DNA of 54,615 bases, counting the filler, from Bipalium vagum (lineage: Eukaryota), in the NCBI GenBank assembly GCA_037834085.1. It is 3 parts of 3 records of this genome, joined end to end, with 100 filler letters (N's around TTAATTAATTAA, not from the genome) between each part and the next. Parts side by side here need not be neighbours in the genome. Positions count along the whole stretch, not along the records: positions 1 to 15,892 come from JBBMKC010139479.1; 2 more parts are not named here. One strand, given 5' to 3'. The position numbers and the translations under genes were made by a program. Positions 1 to 11,414 of this stretch are shown here, one piece after another. Numbering within the stretch: the first letter of the stretch is position 1; each line of letters starts with the position of its first letter. The notes beneath the pieces were generated by a model that made no database searches, was not told the origin of the DNA, and saw only the letters and a list, made by a program, of their open reading frames with translations.

Positions 1-105
1 TCAAACATAAAATGGAGATTTGTATAATCTAAATAAACTTTTTTAAAACAATAAATCCTTATGAAAATGATCTATTTCTATTATATTTAAAAATTCAAGT
101 ACCTG

Positions 106-128
106 CCTAATACTTTTGAGCGGTAGTG
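106..128. mobile_element. Terminal inverted repeat end of a Tc1-like DNA transposon extending left of the window
   Basis: Reverse complement reads CACTACCGCTCAAAAGTATTAGG, a Tc1-type terminus. It is followed by TA at 129-130. The partner end is not in the window. Confidence 0.5.
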
Positions 129-259
129 TATATAAATGAAATAAAATGCATAAATAGAAATGAAAAATCTGGTTATAATGCTAAAGTATTTAGATCGAGT
201 ACACTTGAGTTAACTAAAATGATTAACTCTAATAATATATCTCTTAGTTGAAAATTATT

Positions 260-426
260 CGGAGATACCGGATTCGAAAATTTTCTTTCAATCTCCCTCT
301 GATATAATCTCCTTCCATCTGATTGGCTGATCTCATTACATAATATATTATTTAAACGGCACATTTTCAATTCAATTAGACCCTTCACATGCGCATGGAC
401 TGCCCTGACCGCTGAGCTAGATCCCC
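260..426 (-). pseudogene. Interrupted tRNA-Ala-derived sequence (tRNA nt 1-48, 100-bp insert, T-loop and 3' acceptor strand)
   Basis: Minus 426-379 reads GGGGATC TA GCTC AGCGGTCA GGGC A GTCCA TGCGCAT GTGAA GGGTC, which fits tRNA numbering 1-48 with an A box and CGC at the anticodon position. Minus 278-260 reads TTCGAAT CCGG TATCTCC G and pairs with GGGGAT, including the G3-U70 Ala determinant. The anticodon stem is degenerate. Confidence 0.7.
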
Positions 427-450
427 AACTAATTTTCAATTTATCTCACA
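276..450. repeat. ~175-bp direct repeat, copy 1 (copy 2 is split between 5079-5144 and 6541-6636)
   Basis: aaaattttc..caatctccctctgat.taatctccttccat.tgattggctgatctcattacata recurs at 5079-5144. atatattatttaaacggcacattttcaattcaattagacccttcacatgc..actaattttcaatttatctcaca recurs at 6541-6636. Confidence 0.95.
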
Positions 451-564
451 TCTCACTCCTTTAAAGCTTACATCCAGACTCTTAACCGCCCCGAGTCTCT
501 TTATTTCCATTTCCATTCCATTACTTTACTTTTTCACTTTTACTTTTTTTTTTTACTTTTTTTT

Positions 565-3500
565 CCAAATATTCTAGGAAGACAGTCAACGAGAACATGA
601 GACAGCGTCTCCTCCGGTTTATTGCATCTTCTGCATCCTCGGAACACTGAACCGCGATGAGCATTAATCTGAATATAATAAGATCGTGTACAGTGGATGA
701 AATACTAAGTGACAATTGATATTTCACCGTTGAAAATTGGCGTTGTTGAAAGCGTCGACTGACCGATTGACGAAACGAAGCAACCTGCACTGGATTGAGA
801 ATTCCATCTGTCGTTCCATGCGTGTTTCACGAGATTGTGGAGAACTTTGTATATTATCTTTGAGTCTCTGGGTTTAATGATCCCCTTGTTCTGATAGCTT
901 GAGTGAAAATGTTGGAAGTACTTCAAACAAATGCCATTTTCATTCTTTTTGAAATTGATTGATATTTTATGGCGTGATTTTATTTGATTAATGGTTGAAC
1001 GTGTCTTTTTCCACCATCAATTTTGAAGACATTGAACATCTCTTTGATTCAACCATTCAAAAGCCTGTTCTTTTGAGACTTTCTTGCCCAAGCCTGGATT
1101 TGAAGGAGCAGAAATTAGCGAAGAAATTGAGATGCGTCTGATGAGTTCGTCGGAAGAGTTGAAAAGTTGAAACACATTTGCAATTGACTGCAGTATTCAT
1201 CAACAATAGAACCAATACCTGCTCCGAAATGAGATTTCGGTGTATACATGTATTTTATCGATGACCGAATACCAAGAACAAGGATACTTTTCAACTGACG
1301 CCGAATATTAGGCTCTATTGCATTTTTCCCTTGTGTGATTTCATTAAAAGTGATGTAATTGTTCCGAAAAGCAAAGATCATTTTAGAGCGAATGAAGACA
1401 TGATAAGCATTCAATTTCTGCCAAGGATAGAGAATGCTATCAGCGATCGTTTTCAGTTCATGTATGATTTATGCAAACAAAGATCTCGATGGAGAATGGA
1501 GATTTTCACAGAAATCAACATCCAAGTAGCGATAGGTTTCATCAACCGTCATAGTACCAATAGGAAATTCACCAATTCTCAAAGCGAATGCATTTGGAAC
1601 TTGAGGGACGAAAAAACAAAAGCACACTTTGAGGGCCGGAATTTCAAGAGGAGCCATGATAATACCTGAACTGCACGATTCAGGAGGTCTTCTATATGTG
1701 AACAACCGGTAGCTAAAAGTACGACATCATCTGCATATGCAAGCGCTCAACTGATATTCACGAAGCAGTACACCGCCGCTCAACACCGCACATGAAATAC
1801 GATTGGCAGTTTCTATATAAAGCTTCAATCAATTAACATGATTGAGAGCCAACACTCATTCACCGAATACAACCAGTAATGAAGAAAATATCAATACTGC
1901 CGAAAGCATCAGCTACATCGAGAAAATCAATATGCAGAGGCATATTCAGTTCTCTCCGATGTCGATCAATTAAGTCTTGAAGAAGAAAAAAAACGGACCA
2001 AGGCTCTTTTGCATCGGATGTAAAAGATTATTGGCATTCAACCAACCAGAAAGTTGTAAAGATAAAGCGTAAGCGAATATCTTATATGAGCATTCAAGTG
2101 AAGCAATTGGTCGTCATGAATTGATATCATGGTACTCTCCTTTTATCATTGGCTTCGAAATAATCAAGGTAGAAAAAGACTTCCAGCGAGAAGGAAGAAA
2201 TAAATCGTCAATTATTCTGTTGAACATGGATTTTTAGCAACGGATCACAGTATTTGATGTCAGCATAGATGATGTTCCTAATACCTGGAGCTGAATTCTT
2301 GCAGGATTTTAAGATTTTCTATAGTGAATCACATTCAATTAAGTGGAAATCGAATTGTGATCTTTGTTTAATAAGATTAAATTGAGACCAGTCACAAGAT
2401 GGTGGATACACTGATTTTTGTTTGTAATATCCGTTAATCTCATCCATAGACGGTGTGCAATCCGCAATTGTCGTGTCTACAATAATTTTGAAAGCTGTTG
2501 ACGGAGTAATATGATAAATTTTCCTCATATTAATATCCCTGTGACCTTTCACTAGACATTTTACCAAGAAATACGTTTTTCTCCTTAATCTGCCTCAATT
2601 CATAAATGTAGTTGACTAGTCTATTATCAAATTCGTTGTTAGAAAGGTTTTGCTATAAACAATCAGAAATTAAACTTTCAGCTATGGAAATTCAAGCAAC
2701 AAAAGTAAGAATTGGCTTAAAATTAGGAGATTTTGACATGGATTTTAGAATGCGATTTGCATTTGACCGAATAACATTACAGTTTACTCCGAAAAGTGAA
2801 GAAAAATGAACAAGACCCAACATCAGTTCACTAACAAGAGGTCCACTGTCCTTCCTATGCTTCATTTTCTGTTGTTCAGGTGTATCAAAAAAGAACGAAA
2901 ACAAAATTTGATCAAGAGAAAACAGTGTCACCAATCTTGCAATTGATTTCACTGACGTAGAAAAATCGGTTTTGCTTTTTTCGTTATTTAGATCAAGACA
3001 ATACACTATTTTATTAGAAAAGTTAACAACGAAAAGAATTCAATAATTTTCACTGCAAAAATATGGACACAAGACGAGTTTCTTATCTTTAAACATTTTG
3101 AAAGTTACATAGTCACTAATAAATTCCAAATTTTCACAAACAAGCACCTTACTTATCAAACGATACAAAACAAGGATTTCTCTATTATTAATGTAATGAG
3201 AGCAATACGACACAAGATGATCGTCCTTGAAATATAAAAGAGAGGAAACGTCATTTAAAGCTACGGAAAAAGATTTTGGATTTTTAAATATTGAAATTTT
3301 TTTTGAAGTTATAATATCAAGAGGAAGTTATTCGGAATTACCACGACCAGAATAAAGAGATTTGGTATTGAGAGAATTTTAATATTAAATGCTCTTTTTA
3401 GAATTTTAGCAATAAACTTTGGATAAATTACCAATTTATATGTATCTCAATGTTTATCAATCAATTGTAAACAAGTAACCACAATTGGTCCACAATCATA

Positions 3501-5078
3501 GCCATTGTTTTGTTTACTTATTTCCAATTGACAGTCAATTATTTCCACGTCGATTCCGAATGCCAAGTTCAAAGTCAAATTCAAAACTCCTATCTGATTG
3601 ATTAGAAACATATTCAGGCATGAATGGTTTCAGAAGAGGATCGAAGAAAAAGGAACTTAAGCTAATTTTACAATAGATAAAGGCAATTCAATTTTGAGTT
3701 AGAATTTTCAAAGGACAAAAAAGCTTTTCAGAGGAAAAGAATGATGAAAAAAGTTTTGGATAAAAATCAATGCCATTTGCAAGCCGAATAAAATCAGAGG
3801 ATTAATACAAAATGCCATACCATTAGACACATATTCAGAGAGATAACAGTGAATATCTGCATCTGTAAACAAGGAATTATATTTGAAAGTCTGGTTAGAA
3901 AGAGTTTCTCGCTTACTTTGTGCTATCTACACCTGTCAAATCGAGAAAATCTGAAAAAGTGTAGGCAATGATTTCAACAGGAAGAAATGCGAGTATTGAG
4001 CTGAACCATCTTCTGCCTAGTTCCAGCTGGGATTTGTGTGAAGATTGATGTCTAAACTGGAATTTTAGAAGGAGATTTGATTTTATTATCTGATTCATAA
4101 TTTTTATTTTCCCTCTAACGATTTCGGTAACCTCTGAATTATTATTGATTTTATTTTTAGGTTCCATTTCAGCACAACCCATTTCAATAAACTCTATTCG
4201 ATGCATTTCTTGCATATTGGAAAGCAGGTGGTTTCTGTCTTTAATAAAATAATTGGTTTAGCATCAGCACAAACTTGACAACAAGTTTTAATATTTTGAT
4301 TCTTATGCTCTATATCTTTGTCCCTTAATGGTGGAATTTTAAGAGCTTGATGAGTAATTTTTGGTCTTGCACAAAATGGAGTTTTGTCACAGAATATTTG
4401 TATTTTTTTCAAAAGTGTCTCCATTGTAGAGTTCACATCATTTTCTGAATCTGGCTTGAATTTTATAGAAGGGACCATATCCAAGTTAAATTCTTTAATA
4501 TTTCCTTTTAAAGTTGAAATTTTTTCTTTAAACATTAATGATAAAATTTATTTTCTAATTTTTCCCTTAAATCCCTCCCTTAAATCTGATATTTTAAAAG
4601 TTTTATTAAACGCTTTTGTTCATTAATATCGGAACAATTAATTTCGATTGTCTTTAAAAAGTCATTCAAACTTTTCTTTAATAATGGAAATAAGTCATCT
4701 GTGAAAGCTGATGATACATCCATATTTTACGTATGTAAAGGATTTCCTCCGAAATTGATTTCACAATTGCATCCAGAGTATCTAGAGTAGAAGCAATATT
4801 GGACGACTTCCTCTCGACTGATCTCGACAATCAAGGTATCATCTGATTGGCCTTCACCTGCTTGTCATTGGTAAGTAGATGATTACTCGAATTTGACAAG
4901 ACTTAACCAGAATTTGAGCAAAATCATCAACCAGAGGCATTTTTAAAAATCTTTGTTCACCATCACATTTGACGTCAACAGATTTTCTAGAAAAACTATC
5001 AGAGAACAGAAAAAATTGAGTCGAATATATCCTCAAGGTATTTCATAAAATCTGAAAACGAATTTTTCAAGATTTTTG
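565..5078 (-). mobile_element. Decayed non-LTR retrotransposon of the RLE group (NeSL-like): CxxC..CxxC finger, two Ulp1-like protease domains, RT, CCHC knuckle
   Basis: Minus-strand motifs across stops and frameshifts: CQVC..CKKC (~4200-4280); LFTDADIHCYL / FCPL..N*IAF..FFDPL / QNNGYDCG (3470-3880); a second similar domain (2810-3240); CKNSAPG (~2285-2305); AYADDVVL (1717-1740); HAWNDRWNSQSSAG; T*YFIHCTR; CRRCNKPEETLSHVLVDC (582-635). Confidence 0.9.
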
Positions 5079-5144
5079 AAAATTTTCATCCAATCTCCCT
5101 CTGATGTAATCTCCTTCCATATGATTGGCTGATCTCATTACATA

Positions 5145-6540
5145 TGTGGAGCATCCCACAATAGACATTTCTTTAACATATCCCATTTTGCTGTTTACTG
5201 ATTTTTATTTGATCAATAAATGTTATGATTTTTAGTAAATAAACATTTTTTAACATAAACTTACTTGGTATTAGATGCCGGGTGTTCATGATTGCTCGGC
5301 TCTCAGGACAAGGCCTGTTCATTGCACTGCGAACAGGCTGCCTCCTGCGCTCATCCAAATCGGGTGAGTCAAACACGTAATTTTTGATTGATTTAATGTT
5401 GTATTCATTTAAAGATGTATTGCTGATTATCAAAAAATTCTCTTTTAAATAATTATTACTATTGTTATTATCATTGTTATTATTAATTATAAATCATTAT
5501 TAGAAAAGTAATAAATAAAGAATTTATATAAAAAATAAAAATAGAAAACAATAGAAATAAAATTATAAAATTTGTTTAAAATATTTTTTAGATATATAAA
5601 AGTATAGTAATTTCTAAAAAAGAAATTACATATTACTAAAAATAATAATATATAAAAAATAAATAATATAAAAAGGCTTACCTAAGAGCATAAAAAACAC
5701 AATAAGAATCTCTCCATCGACAAGCAATACATAGAAAGGCCAAGAAATCGTTGATAAAACAAATCAGACAGCAGTAAATTAAACAGTGCAGTCACGTACA
5801 AATTCCAGTTAAATATCAAGGTGCACATTCCAAAACCCAAAAACAAATTCAAACACACTTGCATCACTGCCTATATAAGATAAATCGTTCAACGTGGTAA
5901 AAAGAAATTACAAACTGAATTAAAAGAATAGCCAAGGGTTAAGACAAGAAGGAGGTTAATAAACATAAACGAACACAAATACTTGAAGGTAAATCATTTG
6001 GTTATTATTGTTATTATTATCCTTATTTCAATTATTATTATATCGATTTATACTCTGTGAGAACAGAAGTATTAAATCTACATTTTATTAAAATAAATAA
6101 TCAATCACAGTTGCGCAATCTTAACCGATTGACGTAACTTTTAATTAATTTCTCTCGTAAATAACTACTCGGTGCTTCATCGTTGATCAAATAAAAGTTT
6201 TTTGTTTTTCCCTTTCTTTTTTGTTTAAAGTGTACACAGCCGCTAGCTGGTAAACTTCCTGAGGGCTTTAACACACTAGGCTAAGCCTGTGTTTAAAGAT
6301 TCTGATAAATCAGCACAAAATCTCAGTAACCCTTGTAATTAAAACTTTGTCGAAAAATTTATCAATAAAGATTTTATTTAAAAGCTGTGTTCTCTTAGTT
6401 TATTTTTGATCGACTTTTTATTTTGTATCAGTGATTATTTAGTGCTTCAAACGTTCATCCGTAAGTCCTTCTACAATTAAGTAACCTAAAGCAGAGTTAA
6501 GTCTTTTAAATTCAACCCATATTTTTAGGAACTTAACACA
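5145..6540 (+). mobile_element. Probable solo LTR (1.4-kb TG...CA insertion)
   Basis: It splits repeat copy 2 precisely. Ends are TGTG...CACA. There is a TATA-like ctatataag at ~5871 and AATAAA at ~6190. No convincing ORF, and the target duplication is unclear. Confidence 0.6.
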
Positions 6541-6576
6541 ATATATTATTTAAACGGCACATTTTCAATTCAATTA

Positions 6577-6612
6577 GACCCTTCACATGCACGCGGACTG
6601 CTCTGATCCCCC
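6577..6612 (-). pseudogene. Second tRNA-Ala-derived 5' half with D-arm deletion
   Basis: Minus strand GGGGGATC-AGAGCAGTCCGCGTGCATGTGAAGGGTC is homologous to 426-379 but lacks TAGCTCAGCGGTC. Confidence 0.6.
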
Positions 6613-9600
6613 GACTAATTTTCAATTTATCTCACAATAATATTTTTTACACATCAAATATAAAATCACATCCTTTTTGAATTATAAAAATGAAGTCAGT
6701 AAGCCTTACGAAGCCTTTTCATGCACATTAAATGTAAAATTAGTCAAATGTTTCAATTATTACTTTCGGAGAGCTGTCCTCATCCTCCATCAGCTTTTGA
6801 GGTTTTGTTGTTGTTTGTTTGAAGTAATCAGCAGTTCCTGAAAACTTTTGGTTGGAGGTTTGTGTGGGTTCAGTATGGGTTTTTATCAGTTTTGCTATAG
6901 CTTCCAACATATACATTCTTTTTCTATATCTCTTCGCCAATATCCTTCTAGTGGATTTTACACTGTCAAACACTTAAGGATATGGCTCCTATTTTAAAGT
7001 AACCACTCATTATTATTATTGTGGGGACTCCCAGGCCAACGATATGAAGATAAAAAATGAAAAAGAACCCTTATATGACATGACTTGTTTATGATCCAAA
7101 TATCTTATATGTGTGCATGTTCTTTTGATAACTTAAAAAACTATTCCTGATGTGATTCAATCCTTTGCATGATAAATCTGTATAAAAATGGAATTATTAT
7201 AATTTTTGGTAAATGTATAAAAAATGTTTTGGTAAATGTAAAAAAAAGAATATTGTAATTGCTAGTAAATCCTGTAAAATACAAATAAAATTCATTAAAA
7301 TTAAATAAATAATCAAAATATAAATAAAATTATAAAATTCAAAAAATATGGAAAAAATTAAAAATATTTCTAAAATTAGAAAAAATAATAATAATAATTA
7401 CTTAAAATAAAGTGATATTAAATTTAAATTAAATAGTCTCAATAAAAATATTTATAGAATATTTAAATTAATAAAAATATAAAATAAATAACAAATTTAG
7501 TATAAATATAAAACATTTATACAAACGAAGCACGACAACAATAAAGACGAGAATTTAGTCAGAAAATTAATTAGAAAATTCATAGAATAATCTGGTATCA
7601 AATTTCCAGCATTGTCAACAGAGAATATATTGGTATCAAATAGCAAATTAATTTGGATACGGAACTATCAGATCTGATAGATCATCTAGAGTTACCAGAA
7701 GATCCAATATATAAAGTAGCAACAATTCAATCAGGAAAACCAAAAAACCAAACAAAATAAAAAGGAAAATTAATCAATTTAAGCATAAACAATTCGTCCA
7801 AATAAACAAAAAGGAAAATTAGTTAAATTGATCGTAGTCAACTCGACCAGATAAAAGAAAGGAAATCAGTCAACTTGATCATCCAGAGAAGAACTGAAAA
7901 TACAGTTAATTTGATTATACAGGAAAGACAGCCGACATTTCTATTAAAGAAATTTATTCAACCTACGACAAAGCTTGTAATCAATTCCAAACGAAAAGCT
8001 AAGAATCTACTTAGACTCAGTCTGACGAACCTTTTTCACGACGTTAATATAACTAGCCAGAATAATATTCTATTAGAAAACTCGGTAAAAATCTAATAAT
8101 TTATATTTATACATATTTAAAAATAATTTAAGATTACTCCGAATTGCAATTTGATTTAAAATTGGACAATTCTTTTTCTAACTTGACTACAAGTTAGTAA
8201 ATCAATAATTAAATTAAATAACCAGTCAAAGTAAACGGATAGATCCCCGAATACTTTCGAATCATCAAATAAAATTTTCTTTTTTGTTCTTCCAATATTT
8301 TTTTTGCCTTCTCAACGTCAAGTAGGGCGGAGAGGCGCTTTTTACTTTTGAGGGCTCTTGAGGCTAGGTTTAGCGAAGAGCATAAACATTATTCTGATCC
8401 TTCTCCGGGATTTACTAACAAACTATTATTTGTTCAACAAAGTTTTTAATAAAGTTTTTAAATTTATAAAAAAGATTGTTTTGTTTTGTCTTAGTGATTA
8501 AATTTTTATTGAAGTCAAATTTAAGTTTTGATTCATATTATTTCGCACCCAAATTACAGTTACCCAGTCGATTTTCCAGAAATAACATATACAATAGCAA
8601 CCTTTCATATAAACAGAGCATGACACTCTCTAAATCCTTCTGAAATATACGAGTCGCGTTAAGTTTTGGAGAAATCTCGAGAATCCAAATTAATTAAAAC
8701 TTAATAAATCCAAACCTCCAAGAACTTAACACTTTATTTATTTTTAATTTTAAAAAATTAATTAATGTTTGCTTTGATTGCTAGTCTGAAACCAATTAGA
8801 TGAATTTGTGAATTGAACTGAAAAACTTTTGACTGATATACTTTTTGATATTGACTAATGATCAAGATTTTTTGATCAAATTGATTATAGATTGATCACT
8901 AAAATGAAATTTATTTCTCTTCCACTTTGATTCCGACTCCCACATTATTATCGATTATATTATTTTCATTATCAATTATTATTATAAAAATAAAAATAAA
9001 ATCACTTACAATGTGTGCATAAAAATAATCGATTAGAAATGGGAGTGAGATTGAGCATTTTAACTCGACATTGGTCTAATATCCTCAAATAAGACTCATA
9101 AACACAGTGGGGAAATGCCTGTCTCAAAATTTTCAGACAATTAAGGTGGAATTAATGGGCTATCATGGGAAATATCTTTCCAAAGTGGAGATTGGCAGTT
9201 GTGGATCAATCTCTACTGCTATATAAAGCAAAATTTCGTCTAGAAATTGTTTTTAAAATTATTTAATTTGAAATTATTGGATTGGTTGAATATTAGAAGA
9301 TTGTGTTGATGAGATTATAAGAAAAATTGTTTGTTTAGGAAACCAGAAAGTTATTGCATTAAGAGAGGTAATTCATTCAAGTCAGAGTTAGAAGTTATCG
9401 TCAGAAAATTATTTCCATTTGCGTCAGAAGAATTGGACCGTTTTCTTCTCACGTTTATGTCCTTATTTTCATCCTCATGAAATTTCAATTGGTCACGTAG
9501 AATTAAAGAATCCTAGGTGACAGAACAGGACCTAGCGGGTAATCCGGGAAACCGTTGAGCGCTCTGGTGAGTAATGTATATTGTTTCATTTTTCTTCTAC

Positions 9601-10847
9601 ATAATTGTCTCAATTTAATTTTGTGTTTTATTTTTAATTTCAGTACTTAACTTTTGATTCAAAACATTATTTGACTAGAATTTTACGATTGTGTTTAACA
9701 GTAAAATAAAACTTATTTTAATTCATTATGAATTATTTTGAGTAAAATGTATGATTGGTATTTTGATTCACTAACACGAAAATAATAAAGTGGTCAGTCA
9801 GAGACAAAAGCACAAATTTACATTTTGAGTATAATAATGACATGTTTAATAGAATAAAAACTAGCAACCGAAATTTCGAAAAAAATAAAAATTAGTAAAA
9901 GTTTTAATGTTATGGAAGTTATTAATAAATTAGAAAAACCTATATCACTGATAAAGTGTCAGGAAAATGGAACACTGAAAAAAGTTTTGAAATCAAAACT
10001 AAACTCCCAGAACATTTTTATTTGCATTAATTTAAAACCTACATAATCGAAATGAACGGTAACCTTTACGAGAAGCTTAATCAACTTAGAGTTTATTTCA
10101 AGTTGATAGTATAAAGATTGATTTGACAAAATTAAATTTATTTTTATTTATATTACTTTTATTAATTAATGACACCAACAGACAGGTATTGAAGAAAAGT
10201 TTAATTGTAAGGGCAAGTAAAAATTATCCGTAGTACTTTGGTTTAGTCAGGTTTGATGACAAGATTCATATAATGCAGACTGCAGGTTTCAGTTAAAATG
10301 GTATAACGTAATATACATCAATTTTGAATGTATCTTATACAATGGTCTGTGGAGTTCGAAAACCTAAACCCAGTAAATCAGATCCCTATTCTGTAAATCA
10401 AATCCACTTTTCATAAAACTAAACAATGGTAAATTGTCTAATTTGGTTTACTACACAATTGTAGAGTTTCAGTTAAATTTTCTTTTTAATTAGTCTTTCT
10501 ACCATCACCCATTCCAGATATTTTACAGAAATGTTTAAGTGTAATTTTTTAAAAATGTCTATTTTTCAATCATTTTATTACACCAAGTTAAGATTTTTTT
10601 TTAAAAAAGTTTGTAATTTTATACCAATTTTCACTTAAATTGGAATTTCTCTGTTAATATCTATTACAATTATAAAAATCTTCATTATAAGAAAAATTCA
10701 TTATTAAAAGAGAAATATTATTATTTATGTAGCTAAATAAATTATCATTTATAATAATATTATCAGAATTATTAATTAATACTTTTACTGGTTATATATT
10801 TATAATTAAATAATTATATATTTCCGTGAGATACCAGAAAACTATTT

Positions 10848-11225
10848 TTGAATTTCAAAAAAGAGAACGTTAACATGTCCCTTAAAATACACTTTTTGAA
10901 GTGCCACATGAACTTTTTCCCGCAAGATTTGAACAAAATTAGTAATGAACATGTTGAAAGATTTCACCAAACAATAAGCACCATCAAAAAGCGATACCAT
11001 GACCGTGTGGATGAGCACATGGTGGTGGATTTCTGTATTTGCTTAAGATTTGTTATTGATATATATAATTTTTTAATTACATAAACGGTGGTTTTTATCT
11101 ATTTTTTAGAAAGTGAATTTTCTCGAAAATGAGACGTGATGTTTAAGACTGAGACTATATTTGGAATCACGAGCAAAAACTACACCTGGTCAGATAGCTT
11201 TTATTCCTTTTTGGCAAACACTCTG
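10848..11225 (+). mobile_element. Chapaev3-type (CMC) transposase C-terminal remnant
   Basis: MSLKIHFLKCHMNFFPQDLNKISNEHVERFHQTISTIKKRY..MVVDFC matches the SLKIHFLHSHLDFFP..SDEHGERFHQDI..RY..MLADYC signature. Confidence 0.8.
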
Positions 11226-11414
11226 ATTATTACTTATTTATATTTATCATTTTGAATATTATTATTCATGAATAATGTTTATCATATTTTTCAGTTTAGA
11301 AAATATTGATTTTCATTTATAGTAGATCTACATTTTTTAAAAAATCAATAACGAATAAAATTTAACCGATTTATTTAATTACTAACACTGAATGTCTTTG
11401 TGAACAGGAAAAAT

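Noticed and set aside
708-3690. Alternative genetic code (TGA = Trp), suggested by TGA at conserved Trp positions
   Set aside because: It occurs only in frameshifted TE relics, where TAG also replaces Trp. Intact host genes use TGG, and calsyntenin ends in TGA.
276-6636. Reading the 175-bp direct repeats as LTRs (TG start, purine run before copy 1)
   Set aside because: There is no primer-binding site, flanking TSD, or gag/integrase. The RT and CCHC are non-LTR type, and the repeat contains a tRNA half whose other half lies outside it.
6740-6973. 77-aa ORF, possibly a retroelement integrase tail
   Set aside because: Resemblance is too weak to assign without a search.
9010-9780. Possible solo LTR (TG start, TATA at ~9220, donor/acceptor pair at ~9568/9643)
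   Set aside because: No definable 3' end or TSD and no second copy in the window.
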